Shown: piece by piece, positions 62,371 to 64,000 of the stretch | How positions within the stretch are numbered: the first letter of the stretch is position 1 | How the letters are laid out: every line of letters begins with the position of its first letter | Translations under genes and position numbers: made by a program | The notes under the pieces: model-generated | What the model saw: only the letters and a program-made list of their open reading frames with translations | Database searches by the model: none | Told to the model about the DNA's origin: nothing | Source: Lama guanicoe | Taxonomy: Eukaryota | Length of the DNA stretch: 64,000 nt | Direction: 5' to 3' | NCBI GenBank assembly: GCA_013239625.1 | Contig: MU054098.1 | Span: 434,001-498,000, forward strand

Positions 62371-64000
62371 TTCACTTCTTTAAATTCTTAACTATATGTT
62401 TGGTCTTGATTTGCCCAGTTTCACAAGAATATATTTTAGTGAGTGCTCTTCATCTATTTGTTTACCTTTTCTTTTTTTTTTTCTTAGCATATTTGCTACA
62501 AATATGGTTCCTTTAAAATTATTATTGTGGTTCCTTCAATAATTATTATTATTTGGTTCCTTTTGAATTCTTTTTAAATGAGGCAATTCTTCTTGTACCA
62601 TCTAGTTGTGAGAATATGAAAAACACAAGGGCCAGGGAAGAGTTGTAAGTCAGCAGTCTTCCAGACTCAGAATGAAGACCGGTGAGGTACAAGATTTTGT
62701 GTCAATGTGTGTTTTTCTTTTTCTTTAAAATTGTTTTTAGTACTCAACACCATTCCTGCTCTCTTCTGTGATCTCTCCTATATTGCAGGGGCTGGAAGCT
62801 TGAGAAATGCATTTCCCACCTACTTAACATTTTGCTAGTAAGAGGCACTCACATAAAATGGGCAAGATGGAAAGGAAGTGTTACTCCTTTCTTGGTAGTT
62901 ATTGTAATATTTTGGCCTTGGGAGAAGTGTGGTTTAAATTCTCACCCAAATCACCCACCTTGATGGTGTAGCCAAACGTGACTAGTGGTAATAGCCTCTG
63001 CAGTTTCTCATCTGAATTACATTAGTAACTTCTGATTTCTTGAGAACTAGTGGTAAACTGGGAGCTAGCTATGTCCTTCCATGACCTTTGTTCCTCCATT
63101 ATTTCCAATAGTTTTATACCACCCAGCTATCCTTGAAATTCCAGGGTGCTTTCTCTTTTCTTAGCCAAACTCTGTCTAGCATATCCAGTTTAAGCTTTAT
63201 TTCCCTTTAGCAGGCAAAGATCAGCAGCTAAAATGCTTCTTATCACTCACAGAATTTCTTATACCCTGCACTGCAGTTGCAAATACCATGCATTTTCATG
63301 CTTTCTTATTTAGACTTGTCTTCTTTGCTACTCTTTGATGTTTGTATGATTTAAGAAGCCTTCACTGACTGGGCAGCCTACAAACTCCAGTCTGGTTATA
63401 AGCAAGATGTAGATGGTTTTGTCTTTCAAGGTGTGCCATTGACTTTGCACACCTATGTATTCTATTGTCTCTGCACATGATCTGTAGCACAGATACGTTC
63501 TCTGCATGTTTTCCATCACCGTGGTCAAATTCACAATGCTCAGGGAAACACTTCTTTAGGTTAATTATCTATATAATAATAATTTATATATAATTTATAA
63601 TATAATTATATATATAATGTGCCCTATAACTTTACTTAGGTCTTTAATTTCCAAAAAGTTTTTTTATGATTTTCTTTATTTGCTTGCGCATTAGTCATAT
63701 GTTTGATTTATTAAAAATTTTTAAACAATCCTATTTCCTATTTTGTATCTTGTAATTCCAATGTGTGATGTTCTGCTTTTCTAATATTTCTATTGTTTTT
63801 GCTATCTATTGATCATGGTAATTTACTACCTAAAGTATTGAAGATTTTTGCATCATGATCTGCTCATTTTCCTCAGAAATTTTTCTGTGGAAAATTTTTG
63901 AGGGCTGAGGTACAGGGGATTTCTCAAAAAAGATTTTAATTTTCTTCTGTCAGGCTGAAAGCACTGTAAACTAAATTTTTTGTTTGAGGTTTTGTGACAC

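Noticed and set aside
1..64000. Exons of neighbouring genes (LRCH2, HTR2C), tRNA/snoRNA/miRNA genes, CpG island, CRISPR or other prokaryotic systems
   Set aside because: None recognisable by eye; the sequence is mammalian and CpG-depleted throughout. An Rfam/tRNAscan search would be needed to exclude small RNAs formally.

Overview
AT-rich, CpG-poor, repeat-dense mammalian genomic DNA containing one complete, intact protein-coding gene on the + strand: IL13RA2 (interleukin-13 receptor alpha 2). I traced nine coding exons (41020..54868) with GT-AG boundaries and consistent phases. They give a 1164-nt CDS and a 387-aa type I cytokine receptor (signal peptide, three FnIII-type domains, TM helix, short tail), plus a probable non-coding first exon near 40.6 kb. 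The first ~38 kb and last ~9 kb are mostly interspersed repeats (Tigger1, Charlie1, MER2/Tigger2-type MITEs, L1, L2, MIR, MaLR, ERV1-type solo LTRs). I saw no Alu, B1/B2, Bov-tA, PRE1 or SINEC elements; the young L1 3' ends resemble camelid L1s, which is an inference only. Nearly all ORFs in the supplied track are spurious or repeat-derived. I found no convincing new biological system. The most interesting observations are a WSEWG variant of the WSXWS motif, two routes to a soluble receptor isoform, two antisense solo LTRs flanking the TM and last exons, an AP-1/ETS/TATA upstream promoter candidate, an orphan retrocopied 3'UTR inside an L2, and a nested twin-primed L1 next to an apparent L1-associated deletion of the Tigger1 right end. 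Repeat family names and comparisons with other species are from memory, not database searches; boundaries without a TSD are approximate.
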